The notes under the pieces are model-generated. The model searched no databases. It was not told the DNA's origin and was given only the letters and a program-made list of their open reading frames with translations. From assembly GCA_017654855.1 (NCBI GenBank), contig JAFMPO010000001.1, forward strand, positions 372,001 to 436,000: a stretch of 64,000 nucleotides of DNA. Direction: 5' to 3'. This DNA comes from Podospora anserina (Eukaryota). The position numbers and the translations under genes are program-made. This document shows, piece by piece, positions 49,169 to 60,869 of the stretch; position 1 is the first letter of the stretch, and each line of letters starts with the position of its first letter.

Positions 49169-50222
49169 TCATATCCAAACCTGGTCATCGGCCCTGTTTG
49201 CCTCCAAGTACTCCAAAACTTCCCCATAATCCCGACAAACATGCTTCGCATCCCACCCATCGCTCCCTGTAAAGTCCTCTGGAAACGTTGTGTGCTGCCC
49301 CTCCAGTGCAACATCACCGCAGCACATTATGCTCTGTCTCAGGTAATCAAAACAATGATTCAAATGCCACGCTCCCTCCTCTGGAAGCATGTCCAATCTG
49401 TTGGACTCGTAGGCTGCTACCACCACGGCAATGGTGTGGAGGCAGTGGATCTGATGGGTTACCGAGGTGGTGAAGGTTGACGATGGATACTCTTTCAGGG
49501 GGTGCGGGAGATTGTCAAATGAATCTTGGCCGCGGGAGGAGGTTTTGTTGACGGTCACGTAGCCGAGTCCGCCTGAGACTGACTGTCAGTATGGAAACAA
49601 AGAGAGCAACAGGTTGAGTACGCATACGAGGAACGATTCCCAGCCACTTCTTCCTGACGGCCTCGGTGAAAAAATCAGAGCTGTTGTCTGGGACGAAAAG
49701 AGGGTCGGGTTGGAAGGTTGTTATTTGTTGAGAGACTGTGCACAATCGAAACTTAGCACGCAACGGCCTGGGTGTCTGTCTTGTCAGAATCAGGGGAGGC
49801 ATACAATATGGCGCAAACCCGGTGATATCACCCCCTATTTCACCCTTTGCCCCTTCATTGTTTTGTTTCCCTGGCAGGATGGAGTATTCCGGCCACCGCC
49901 TCTCAGCAACCAACACCAGAATCACCACCAGCATGACTGTGTCGAGAAGTGATCTGATGGACATGATAGTCTTCCACATCCATCTCCTCTTCTTTCTCGG
50001 TTGATTTGACCGGCATTGACATGATGTGGCAACATGTGCATGTTGTCGCCCCTCTGTATCAATAGCCCAAGACTTTTCCTCATGATCGTCGTTCATGAGC
50101 GCGGCTCTGGAGTTGTCGCTGCGCGCGTTTTGGGATGAAACGTCGAATTCGTCATCGTGGTGGTGGTCGTCGTTGTTGGGAAGATCGGTATAATACCGCG
50201 GTGAGGGTAGTGGCTGCATCAT
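49169..50222 (-). CDS. UstYa-like / DUF3328 oxidase, 2 introns
   Basis: N-terminal TM helix. Tandem HxxHC motifs SVTHQIHCL and HLNHCFDYLRQSIMC. Terminal GWDAKHVCRDY. Confidence 0.9.
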
Positions 50223-50748
50223 GGTTCGTTTTGATGCTGGCAGAAAGTGGGGAGTAGCAGGTGTGGTATCGTCAAAAAGTTCAAGAAATAAGAATTGAGA
50301 AAGAATAAAAGAAGCATTCTGCCTTTTGAGGATCTTTCAATCGGGTTGTCGATCAGGGGACCTGTCTCGGTCTGAGAGGGGTGGGCCAGCTCGGATGGTT
50401 CGTGTGTTCTTCCAAACGTGCAGCGTTTCAAAAACCGCCACCTGTAGCCAGACCTTGCCTGCGAGGTCGATTTCATGGTGCACATTTACGCAAAAAGATT
50501 CCGTTACCGATGTGCAGAGACTTGTCGTGATCTTCAAGCTATCCAACCAAATGGGATCGAGAAAGGCGAAAGGATCGTGAGGCTTGCGTTTCTCACAGTT
50601 GCTTGCGAGGGTTTCTTCGGTAGGGTCGCAATGTTGAGTCAAAAGAGGTTTTGCATCACCGGCTCACCGGCCTACGCAGACTTGTAAGATGTCATTTTAT
50701 TGTAGTGGTTGAACAAATTGGGAGAGGTCGTCTGTCAGACCTCCTGGT

Positions 50749-50812
50749 GGAGCCGACCGGAGCCGACCGGAGCCCTTGAAGGTCGGCCCTGGGTCGGCCC
50801 CGGGCCGGTCCC
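50749..50812. repeat. GC-rich direct plus inverted repeat cluster
   Basis: GGAGCCGACC x2, GGAGCCC, TTGAA, then GGTCGGCCC x2. Confidence 0.7.
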
Positions 50813-51021
50813 TCGGAACAAACCCGGTTGGTAGGTACCACAACGTCGTCGGATCATGGACCCATGGGGTACGAAACGAAAATATATCGACTCATTTCTC
50901 TTTTACTTATCCCAACTATAATATACTGCAACAATCTTCATCTCATCGGATCCAACAGCTACCAAAACCAAAGCTGCGCTTGTGCGCGGTTACGCGTAGA
51001 GGGCCTTCAGGTAATGCCACC

Positions 51022-52992
51022 TCAGATCTTCCCCCTCAAAGAGTTGAGGATAAGACCGACTTCATCAAGAAGCGTGTCCTGCTTCTCTACAACTTCAATC
51101 ATCCCCAAATCAGCGTCAACGGTGATCGTGAAACAGGACTCCTCATCGTCTTCGGAGATCTCCTCCCGTGCAGCAAGGTACTGGGTCACCAATGGCAGCG
51201 CCACCTCGCTGTCAACGGTGTTGATGATGCTGCGTGCGCCCAGTTGCTCATCATAACCTTGCGATGCCAGCGCCTTGCAAACAGAGTAGCTGAAGGGAAT
51301 CTGCAGCTTGATGTTTCCGACAGGGCGGTAGAGCTTCAAGTCGTCGCACAGCTTGACTGGGCGGGCCAGCTTCCGTCCCAAACGGTCCATTTCCTTGCAT
51401 GCCACGGCTGCTTGCTCGGTAGGTGAAAAGGTGAGGAAGGGTATCACCGATGTGATGCGGCCAGTCAAGGGTGCCTGCGTGATGCTGTTAGACTACATGA
51501 GCTTCAAACCTGACGAGGGAACAACCCACGCCAAACTTCCCGATAGCTTCTTTCTTGATCATGGCCGACAGCTCCTTCCCGAGCGCTCTCGCCTGATGTG
51601 ATGCCCTCTTGTCAAGGCCAACAGTGTTGGTGAATAACTCACGGTAGTGAGTCTTGCAAAAGGAAAGGATGGTGTCGTCAAACGCATTGGTTGCGAGGAT
51701 CCAGATGGTCTTGGAGCAATCCACGATCTGCTGGTTCCGACGGTCGAGGTACAGACCTGCAGATATTAAAATAAGTTTTTGTCTAATAGGTAGGCGTCAA
51801 AATTCCTTCTTCTTACCGCTTTGGAAGGGAAGTAGCAGCGCTTCTTGCACGTTCGGCTGTGTTTTTTCAAACTCATCGAGAAACACAATGGACCGCTGGC
51901 TTTTATGCTCGTCGAGGAAGTTGTTGACAACTGAGCTCTGGTCATAGCCTGCAAATGGAAAGAAGGGACCAAAGAGATCCATCGAGGTGCGCAAATTGGT
52001 GCAATCAACTGTTTGGAGATCCAAAGACAGAAGCTTTCCCATGTTCTGCGCTAGCTCAGTCTTCCCATGGCCGCTAGGTCCTGCGAACAGCAAAATTATC
52101 GGTCGATCAGCCCCCAAGGCTAGTTGGCTGTACACTCAAGATGCCAGGGTCATGCTTCACCATGTTCACGAGTGGTGTGGGTAGTAGGTAGGCCACCAAC
52201 TTACGCCATGAAGATCTCCACCAGCGACTGGCACGCCTGGGTTTGGCCCACAAGGAAGTAATGGACCCCCAACAGCCCGGTGGCCGAATGCTTCTTTGCG
52301 ATAGCTTGATTGGCGCCAGAGAGCGGCTCGGTTATTGAGGCCCGGTGCAGAGCGTATCGCAGAGTGAAGCAAGAGTTCAACGCGTCCGTGAGCAATCGGC
52401 GAACAGGACCCAAGACCCATCCAGTCTTGGCCTGCTTGAAGACTGCAAGCTCAGCATCGGAAGGGCCGGCCTCGGGAAGGTCTCGGTCGATGGGCAAATA
52501 AAATGGTGGAGGGACAGAGTCGATAGATGCTCCAAGACTCAGAAGGGTGGCCACCATCACAGGCCCATCGGCCTTGGGGGACAAACAGCGAACCATAGCG
52601 TAGACCAACAACGAAACTTCTCGGTACTCAGTGTTGACCTCTCCACCGTAAGACGCCCACATTCTGATCATCTCGGCACTGCCACTCTCGACAACGAAGA
52701 AAAATGCAGGAATGTCATCGACGGTCCCGCAGATCTCATGCTTGAGCTTCAGCGACTGGAATTCCGTCTGGTGAGGGCTCAAGAGCGATCGAATTCTGTC
52801 GCAAGTGTCTCCTCTTTGGATGGCGACAACGATATCTCGAAGGTTGAACACGCCACTAGTGCTGCTGTACCAGTACGAAAATGAAGCATAGTCTTCGTCC
52901 TTGTCTGATGCGCGCTTTTCGACCCGAGGAAGGATGAGTGCCGAGTCCCACTGTTGCTTTTTGGAAGCAGTAGACTTGGTGTTTTTCTTCAT
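51022..52992 (-). CDS. ClpB-NBD2-type AAA+ ATPase with N-terminal ankyrin-like region, multi-exon
   Basis: Walker A GPSGHGKT, Walker B IVFLDEFEK, WILATNA, TGRI and GARSI. N-terminal helical segments MIRMWASYGGEVN and VATLLSLGASID. Confidence 0.8.
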
Positions 52993-54259
52993 TGTGAGGA
53001 AGAGCCAAAAACGTGAGAATGACGGTGGTCTGCGGTCTGGGGTTGTGATGTCTAAAACTGCGAGGAAATTCTTGTGTTCTATCAAGAATGTGCTGAGCAA
53101 AGCTTTGAATTTTTCAATAACTCAACTCGACGAGCAACGAAAGATTCCCTCTTTCGCTTTCAAGATATCTGCCTCCATTGTATGCAGGGTGCCTCGAGAA
53201 GATGTTATCGGCCGGTCATTGCATTGTTTATCCATCTGTTCGCCTTGCAATGTTGACTGGAAAGAGATGCACTGCCCGTTTGTTTAGTATTGCCCATTGG
53301 GCATGAGAACAGAACCATCGTGAGACATTCCTGTGTTTGCCTGCAGCCACAGGATTCCAGATACATGGAAGTGAGTTATGGTAGGCGGGTTCCCGGAAGT
53401 AGTGGCAGGCCTCACTGCATCTGGGACTGTGGGCCTCACTTGGGCAGCCAATGGCAACAGCTGTGTGTTGGTGCGGCGGGGATAACTGAAATGAATGGAG
53501 GAGGGAGTGTTCTGGGTGCACAGGATGTCTGGCAGGTGGGGAGGAGCAAACATGGGAAAACGAGATGTTGTTGAAATTCAGTTTAGCCCCTTTTTTGTCG
53601 GCAGGAGATCGCTGCTGAGGCACGAGCCAGAACTGCAAGCTTCCAGCACTTTTTGAGGAGCTCAATTACCGAACAAAACAACATTCTAGGTAATTGGTGA
53701 TAATAATCAGTAACAGACCAGACACTTGACTGTCTCTTTCGGTGGCTTAATCCACGACGATGTCTTGGTTGTAAACGAGAAGCAGTCGCCAAACCACATG
53801 TGGGGACATTTTCACATGTTTTTTGACTGACATCCTGGATGACGTCAACTATCCAAGTAACACCGGGGGTTCAGTGCAGCACCAGGACCATCAGAAAGAT
53901 GGGTCAGGATTAAACAAAAAAGAAGAATCCTTCTGGCACAGAGGTGCAGGACAGGGTCCAACCAGGAAGACATCGTCCAGCACTCCATCTTGGGACAAAC
54001 AGAAACCCTTTACCCCTTAAACACATTGTCACATCACCGCATTCTCACACTACCACGTTCTCACATTACCACAATAACACAGTACCACATCTAACATTCT
54101 CGCCTTCACATTTTGCGGCAAAAACGGCCTCCGACTCCCCCCATCCCGCCTCTCCGACCTCCTCTTCCACCCAGTACTCCTCCAGCCTCCAAATCCACTC
54201 CCTCATGTACCGATTTCACCCCTCGGTAAGATCGGGACCAAGGCTACCCCGATCGTCAA

Positions 54260-55072
54260 CAGATCCTGACTCAAGTCCGCGACCTATGGAATCGTTACGG
54301 TCTCGGCTCTCGAACGAAATTCAGTACCAAAGTGGAGGACATGTACCAGGATAAGAAAGGGAGGTGCATCATTCTCCGAAATCCAATCTGGAACATGCTG
54401 TTGACGCTGAACATCTTTGGGCAGGAGTTTACCGACACGCCGATGGTGAACTCGGACATTATGGAGAAGCTGAGGTCGAATAAGGCGGAGTGGGTGAGGT
54501 GTGATATTGAGCAGTTTACCGAAAAAAGGGGGTGAAGGTTAATCGGAGAAAAAGAAGGGTATCGAGCCTGGTGGTCAAGGCAAGCAGGATATCATTGAGG
54601 GCGATATTGTTGCGATGGCAACAGGGTTTGGGAGACCACAGCTTTGTCGGCTTTTTCCTGCCAGGCCCATGCTTCCAAACGCCCTATGGCCCCGCCCAAC
54701 TGGTATCTCCAGACATTCCCACCCAACCACCCCAGCATATGCATCAACTGCACGTACATGAACGCGATTGAGACGGTCGGCAATTGGCACATCGGCATCT
54801 ACACGGGGATTCTGCTCGAGTTTCTGGTGGATCCGTTGACCAGACCGAGTCCGTTCTGGATGAAGCGTTGGATCGACATGACGAGACAACGCAAGGCTGC
54901 ATCCCCAGCTGGGCCATTCGAGTTCTTTACTTATCTCGAGCTTGTCTGGTGGCTCGTCTTTTGCGTGGCGTTCAATCCCTTCCGCTGGAAGTGGGCATTG
55001 TTCGTGTTCTTTGGCCTTGGCTATGCACTTCCAGCATGGGTGGTTCAGAGGACAGTACAAGAAACAGGATAG
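54260..55072 (+). pseudogene. Frameshifted FAD/NAD(P)-binding monooxygenase (FMO-like) C-terminal half
   Basis: FTDTPMVNSDIMEKLR..AEWVRCDI..FTEK/GVKVNRR/IEGDIVAMATGFGRP/PYG/PPNWYLQTFPP...NPFRWKW, spread across several frameshifts. Confidence 0.6.
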
Positions 55073-55234
55073 GCCAGGGCCCAAGAACAGATCAAGGGCG
55101 TGATGCCGGCGTTAGCATTTGAGCCATGTTTTGAGTTGATGAATAGATACGACGGACACGACGCGCAAAATGATCGATGGCTGTTTGAATAGACCTGGGT
55201 ATAGAGTGTATATTATTGACCAAATAAAATCCCT

Positions 55235-56341
55235 TCACTTCCTGTTTCTTCCGCGGCCCTTTTCCAGCATCTTCAACTTCTTTTGGTATCTTTCACCCAT
55301 GTCAGCACCACCACCGCCGCCGCCGCCACGCGGGCCATCCACGGTATCGATGCCTCTCTTTCGGCTCTTTTCCAATAGCGCCTTGGTGCCACCACCGGAG
55401 CTCTTGCCGCGCGTCAACTGGCTGATTCTGTCCAGCCCTTCGCTCAACCCTCTCCATTCCTCACCACCATAGTTCATCCGGCGGCCCTCGGTCAAACCCC
55501 TCTTCTTGCGGTCCTTCTTGCTCTCCTTGGGCAGACGGACAAAGTTCCGTTCTTCGTACTCGCGTCTCTCATCCTCCTTGGCGCGCTCAGAAGCAGTCTT
55601 GATCTTGCGACCACCTTGCATAATCGTGGTACCAATACTGGGTTGGGCCATTGGGATAGATGACATTTCGTCTTGAATGAACTCGTCGAGGGTGGCCGAC
55701 TTCATAGGCTTCTCCTTTTTCTCGCGCCTGTCGAACGTGGGCATCGAGGTTGCTGAAATCTTTGGTGGGCGGTACACTCCGGACTTGTCTCCCTCCTTGC
55801 TCGCGTATTTCGCACCAGCCGGGCGAGTGATTGCGGAGAGGTTGGCGCGGGCCTGGTAAGCGGCAGAAGCGCGAGCGTGGAGTTCATTGACCTCGTCCTC
55901 TCCTTCATTGTCGCTGCCAGCTTCCGACTCGGACTCGACATTGGCAGCCGCTGCCTCCTCTGCCGCCCTTGTACTCCTTTCCGCGTCATCGGCAGCTCGG
56001 AGCACCTTGTCAATCTGGTATCTCAGCTTGTCCTCGAGTGGCCGGGCGCCCTTCTCGAGGTAAAGTCGAAGTTCGACGAGTTTGGTGACTACGAGGTCAT
56101 CGAGGTTCTGTTCCTCTTCCTGGTCCTTGGTTCCACCATTTCTCGCCTGGCGCAACTTCAGAAGAATTAAGAAAACGAGATTCTGGAGGTAGGAGAGGAG
56201 CAGCTCGTTCTTCACGTCGAGGAGGGAGATGCCGTCTTTTGGTAGTTCGAAGTTTGTGAGTTTTGGCGCAGCTTCGAGAGTGGTCGATATCGACTTGGTA
56301 AGAGCATCCAGCAGTGCTGGAAGGGTTGCTGGTGCCGCCAT
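55235..56341 (-). CDS. LCP5: U3 snoRNP / SSU processome protein Lcp5 (Sas10/Utp3/C1D family)
   Basis: DGISLLDVKNELLLSYLQNL, LVELRLYLEKGARPLEDKLRYQIDK, GVYRPPKI and YEERNFVRLP. Confidence 0.9.
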   Translation of the reverse strand: MAAPATLPALLDALTKSISTTLEAAPKLTNFELPKDGISLLDVKNELLLSYLQNLVFLILLKLRQARNGGTKDQEEEQNLDDLVVTKLVELRLYLEKGARPLEDKLRYQIDKVLRAADDAERSTRAAEEAAAANVESESEAGSDNEGEDEVNELHARASAAYQARANLSAITRPAGAKYASKEGDKSGVYRPPKISATSMPTFDRREKKEKPMKSATLDEFIQDEMSSIPMAQPSIGTTIMQGGRKIKTASERAKEDERREYEERNFVRLPKESKKDRKKRGLTEGRRMNYGGEEWRGLSEGLDRISQLTRGKSSGGGTKALLEKSRKRGIDTVDGPRGGGGGGGADMGERYQKKLKMLEKGRGRNRK

Positions 56342-56986
56342 TATTGCTGTGGGAGGCAGTAGATGGATGGGTGCAGAACAGACGAATTGGATGAACAAAA
56401 TCTTTTGCGACTCTGAGGCCCCACCTCGAGACTTTTTTGTGGGGCCGCTGGCTCTCTGACCCCGGTAACAAAGACACAGACGGCTTATCGATTTGCCTTA
56501 TCTCCATCCGAGGATTCTCCGACTCGCAACTGCCATGCAGTACCAAGACCGACCTGACGAACAAGGCAGCCGTTCACGACCACCCCAAGCTGCTGTTGGC
56601 CAGCTGTTCTGACTTGTCGGAAGCTTCGAAAGCTGCGACACCATTTTTCTTTTTTTTTCTTTTTTAGACTTGCCCACCTTTCAATGCCTCCGATGACCCT
56701 CCCATGATTTCCCAACTATTCTGCATGAGACATTCTTTGTTATAAGGCTGAACCCGCGGACGGGTGGCAGACGGCTCGTTTCCCACTTCCAGTCACAGTA
56801 CGTTCGCCAAGTTCACTTTCCCCTGATCGCGAAGCCCAAACCCACCCAGACTGCCCCAAACCTAGCGCTGCACGGTGACGACTTCAGCCCCTTGCGCCGT
56901 TGCTATCAGAACCGGTTGTTGTTTTCTTTTTCTTTGCCTTTCTATTCCTAACTCGAGCAGCCACAGATTACACATACGAAACCACA

Positions 56987-58981
56987 ATGCAACTACGAAG
57001 CCACGCGCCCTCAGGGGCAACGCTCTTGATCTCCTTACTCGCCCTTCCCCAACTCACATCAGCTTTCTACCTTCCAGGTGTTGCGCCGACCTCATACAAG
57101 CAGGATGACGCCGTACCACTCTACGTCAACGCGATTCGACCAGTCGGCGATGCAGATTCAGTATTACACTCAGTATTATCATGGGACTACTACCACCCAA
57201 CATTTCAGTTCTGCGCGCCAGAAGGGGGAGGGCAACCTGTGGGTGAGAGCTTGGGAAGCATCTTGTTTGGAGACAGAATCAAAACTTCGGCCTTCGAGCT
57301 CAAGATGAAGCACAACGAAACCTGCAAGAAGCAGTGCGAGGTGACATACGGAAAGAACGCGGCCCAGTTCATAAACCAGCAGATTCAAGAAGGTGTCAGT
57401 CTCAACTGGCTGGTGGATGGGCTTCCGGCAGGCCAGAAGACAATCGATGTCTTGTCCGACACTGAGTTTACGAACCCCGGTTTCCTGTTGGGCGAGCAGC
57501 TAGACGATGGCCGAATCAAGTTCAACAACCACTACGACATCGTTATCGAGTATCACGAGGTCAACGGAAACAACGGCCAGTACCGTGTTGTCGGCGTCAT
57601 TGTCCAGCCCGAGTCGAGGAAGTACACTGGCGAGATCGGCCCGGACACTTGCAACACAGCACCGGACATCGTCGAGCTGAGCGAGACAGGCGACACCAAA
57701 GTGCGGTTCACCTACAGCGTATACTGGATCGAGTCTACGACTGCTTGGGCCACCAGATGGGACAAGTACCTCCATGTGTACGACCCCAAGATTCAGTGGT
57801 TCTCCCTCATCAACTCGTCTGTTATTGTCATCTTCCTCGTCCTAACTGTCATGTCCGTCTTGGTCCGGGCTCTGAAGAAGGACATTGCGCGGTACAACCG
57901 TTTGGATCAGATCAACCTCGATGACCTGTCTGGAACTTCTGTGCTGGAAGATGGCGTGCAGGAGGACTCAGGCTGGAAGCTCGTCCATGGCGACGTCTTC
58001 CGCAATCCTTCCCACCCACTCCTCCTCTCCGTATTCTTGGGCAACGGCACCCAGCTCTTCGTCATGGCTGGCTTCACCATTGCCTTTGCCCTGCTAGGCT
58101 TCCTCTCCCCGTCCAACCGCGGTTCTCTCGGCACCATCATGGTCCTCCTTTACACGGTTTTGGGCTTTGTCGGTGGCTACACCTCTGCTCGCATGTACAA
58201 GTCGCTCCATGGCGAGAAGTGGAAGCTCAACATCATCCTGACTCCTCTCTTGGTGCCTGGGATCGTCTTCGCCGTCTTCTTTCTGCTCGACCTCTTCCTG
58301 TGGGCCGAGGAGTCATCGGGCGCCGTGCCATTTACCACCATGCTCGTGCTCATCTTCATTTGGTTCCTCATCAGTGTTCCCCTTTCGTTCGCTGGCTCCT
58401 GGCTTGCCTTCCGCGCACCCGCGATCGAACCTCCTGTGCGCACCAACCAGATTCCTCGCCAGATCCCGCCAGTCACCACATATCTCAAGCCCATTCCCAG
58501 CATGCTTCTCGTTGGTCTGCTTCCCTTTGGCGCCATCTTCGTGGAGCTTTACTTTATTATGACGTCGATCTGGTTCAGCCGGATCTACTACATGTTTGGG
58601 TTCTTGTTTCTGTGCTACGGCTTGATGATCATCACTTGCGCCGCCGTCACCGTGCTGCTGGTTTACTTCTTGCTATGCGCTGAGAACTACAACTGGCAGT
58701 GGAGGGCTTTCTTGGCTGCTGGTACAAGCGGTGGGTATATCTTCCTCAACGCCCTCATCTACTGGGTTACCAAGCTGTCTTTGAGCGGGTTTGCGGGAAG
58801 TGTGTTGTACATTGGGTACAGCGCCTTGATTTCCTTTTTGTTCTTCATCCTGACTGGTGAGTTTCCCTCGGGTACCCCTTTCCACCATCGTCACCAATGC
58901 TGACACGATGTAGGCACCATCGGATATTTTGCCAGCTGGCTGTTTGTGCGCAAGATTTACTCTTCCATCAAGATTGACTAG
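56987..58981 (+). CDS. EMP70: Transmembrane 9 superfamily protein (EMP70/TMN), 1 terminal intron
   Basis: Signal peptide + FYLPGVAP, ESLGSILFGDRI, GWKLVHGDVFR, PVRTNQIPRQIP; spliced C-terminus IYSSIKID*. Confidence 0.96.
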
Positions 58982-59449
58982 ACTGGGTTCATACTGGATA
59001 TCGAAGGGGCGGCGGATAAAGGGTGGAAGACGGTTTAGCGGGCGGCATTATTTGTGTTTTTTTTTTGTTTTTTTCGGTGACAATGGAAAGAGAAAAGCAA
59101 CAGGAGAAATGGAAGAAACGGTTTGGATTTTCCTGCCTCAAGATCATTTTGACTAGCAGTTAGGTTCTGTTTGTACTACTATTGTTTTTTGCGGGGTGTG
59201 TTAGGCCTGGGGGTTGGGGTTGTGGACGGATGAGCAGTTGGCGAAAGACGTTGTTTCAATTGTGTTGACTTTTTTTTGTATCATCACATCATTCAATAAC
59301 TATCGGGTATCATTTTGTGTTGCCAAAAGGATCTGTCCATACTATTCGGTATCATCTCTCCTCATTTGGCTTGATATTCCAAAGTCCAACAGCTGAGCTA
59401 GCAAATCAAATTACAAAAGTCGCAAGGGTATAGTTATGAAATAAGACTT

Positions 59450-60475
59450 CTAGTCCTCATCCTCGTCGTCGTCATCCTCGTCCAAAAAGGTAAACTGCTT
59501 AGGTGCCGCTCTGGCAGGTTGACCACCCGCTTGCCCAGGCGCAAGAACGCTACCCCTGCGATCCATGCCACCCTCCTGTTGCTGCTGCTGCTGTCTGGCC
59601 AGCTCGCGCTCCCTCGCCATGCGCTCTCTCTCCTCGCGCATTCTGCGATCTTGCTCCTCCCTCTCTTGTCTGGCGCGCTCCTCGGCGTCCTTGCGGTCCT
59701 GCTCCTCCTGCTTGATGCGCCGCTCCTCCTCTTCTGGGTCGTAGTTCTTGGGGTCGATGCCGCGGTTGATGAGGTCTTGGTATTGAGCTAGGGCGCCGCT
59801 TCGGATGCGATCGATAGTCGGGAAGGTGAAGAAGGGTGCATTTTCGAGCGGGTTGACGGCGGGCTTGAGGTGGACGGGCAGCTCGGTGGCGCCTGTCTGG
59901 GACTGGGAGGGGACTTGGGAGACGAACGAATCTTGAACACCTGGCGCCGGAGTCGAAGCTGCTGTTCCCTGCCCGCTACCACCACCACCACCACCTCCAC
60001 CTATTGAGGTTGCGAAACTGGCATTGGGTCCTGTAGCAGCTTGGTCGTCGGGGGTGGTGGGGGCGGCGGTTGAGAGATCGACGCCGTTTGTGACGCCTGG
60101 TGGGGGGAGGGTGTTGCGACTTATGCGCCGGGCGTAGTCGAGGAGTTGCTGCGTGGTAAAGGGGTGTTTCTCTTCTTTGGCTGGGGAGAACTTGGTCGGG
60201 GCGACTGCGACGAGCTCCTTGCGCATTTCCCAGAGGGCGCTGATGGTTTGTTTTGTTTGGGCATCGAGGGCTTCGGTCTCTTGCTTTAGCTGCCTGATGC
60301 GGGCAACGTTTCTTTGGTGAACCTCGAGCTCCTCCAGACCGAGAAAGAGTTCGCGCTCAGCCTTGACGACGTCATTGGCGGCCTTCTCGGAGGGCGTGAA
60401 CTTTGTCATCGAGTCGATGAGCACGGCGAGCGCCTTTTCAACGCGCTCGAAGGAGGCGTCGAGCTTTTTGTCCAT
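59450..60475 (-). CDS. MED4: Mediator subunit Med4
   Basis: MDKKLDASFERVEKALAVLIDS, LLDYARRIS, FPTIDRIRSGALA and an acidic C-terminus. Confidence 0.85.
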   Translation of the reverse strand: MDKKLDASFERVEKALAVLIDSMTKFTPSEKAANDVVKAERELFLGLEELEVHQRNVARIRQLKQETEALDAQTKQTISALWEMRKELVAVAPTKFSPAKEEKHPFTTQQLLDYARRISRNTLPPPGVTNGVDLSTAAPTTPDDQAATGPNASFATSIGGGGGGGGSGQGTAASTPAPGVQDSFVSQVPSQSQTGATELPVHLKPAVNPLENAPFFTFPTIDRIRSGALAQYQDLINRGIDPKNYDPEEEERRIKQEEQDRKDAEERARQEREEQDRRMREERERMARERELARQQQQQQEGGMDRRGSVLAPGQAGGQPARAAPKQFTFLDEDDDDEDED

Positions 60476-60869
60476 TTTGATGTTTTTTTGATGGCAGAGA
60501 TTCGCGAAGAAAGTAGCGATCCGAGGTGCTGAGTCGAAGTCGTGGTATGGAAAGTAGATTGCAAAGAAACAGCCACGTCCGGAGATTTTATTTTGGTCTG
60601 CAAATGTCACCGAATTCACTTGACCCTTGCGCTGGAGCTTGGTGGGTTGTGTAAGAGCGGCTTACAGCGGGGATCTTCAAGGGGACAGGTACCCGCACGT
60701 GAAAGCTTGGCGCGCTCTGGGCTGAGTTCGTGCCTCAGGCCAACAAGCCGGACCCGGCTGTATCCGGCAAAGAATCTCGCGCAACACCACCAAATCCAAC
60801 AGCCGATTCGACCTTGTTTCGACAGCCATTGAAGCACCACCTCGTTCCTTTTTTGCTGCGGTAGTCAAG

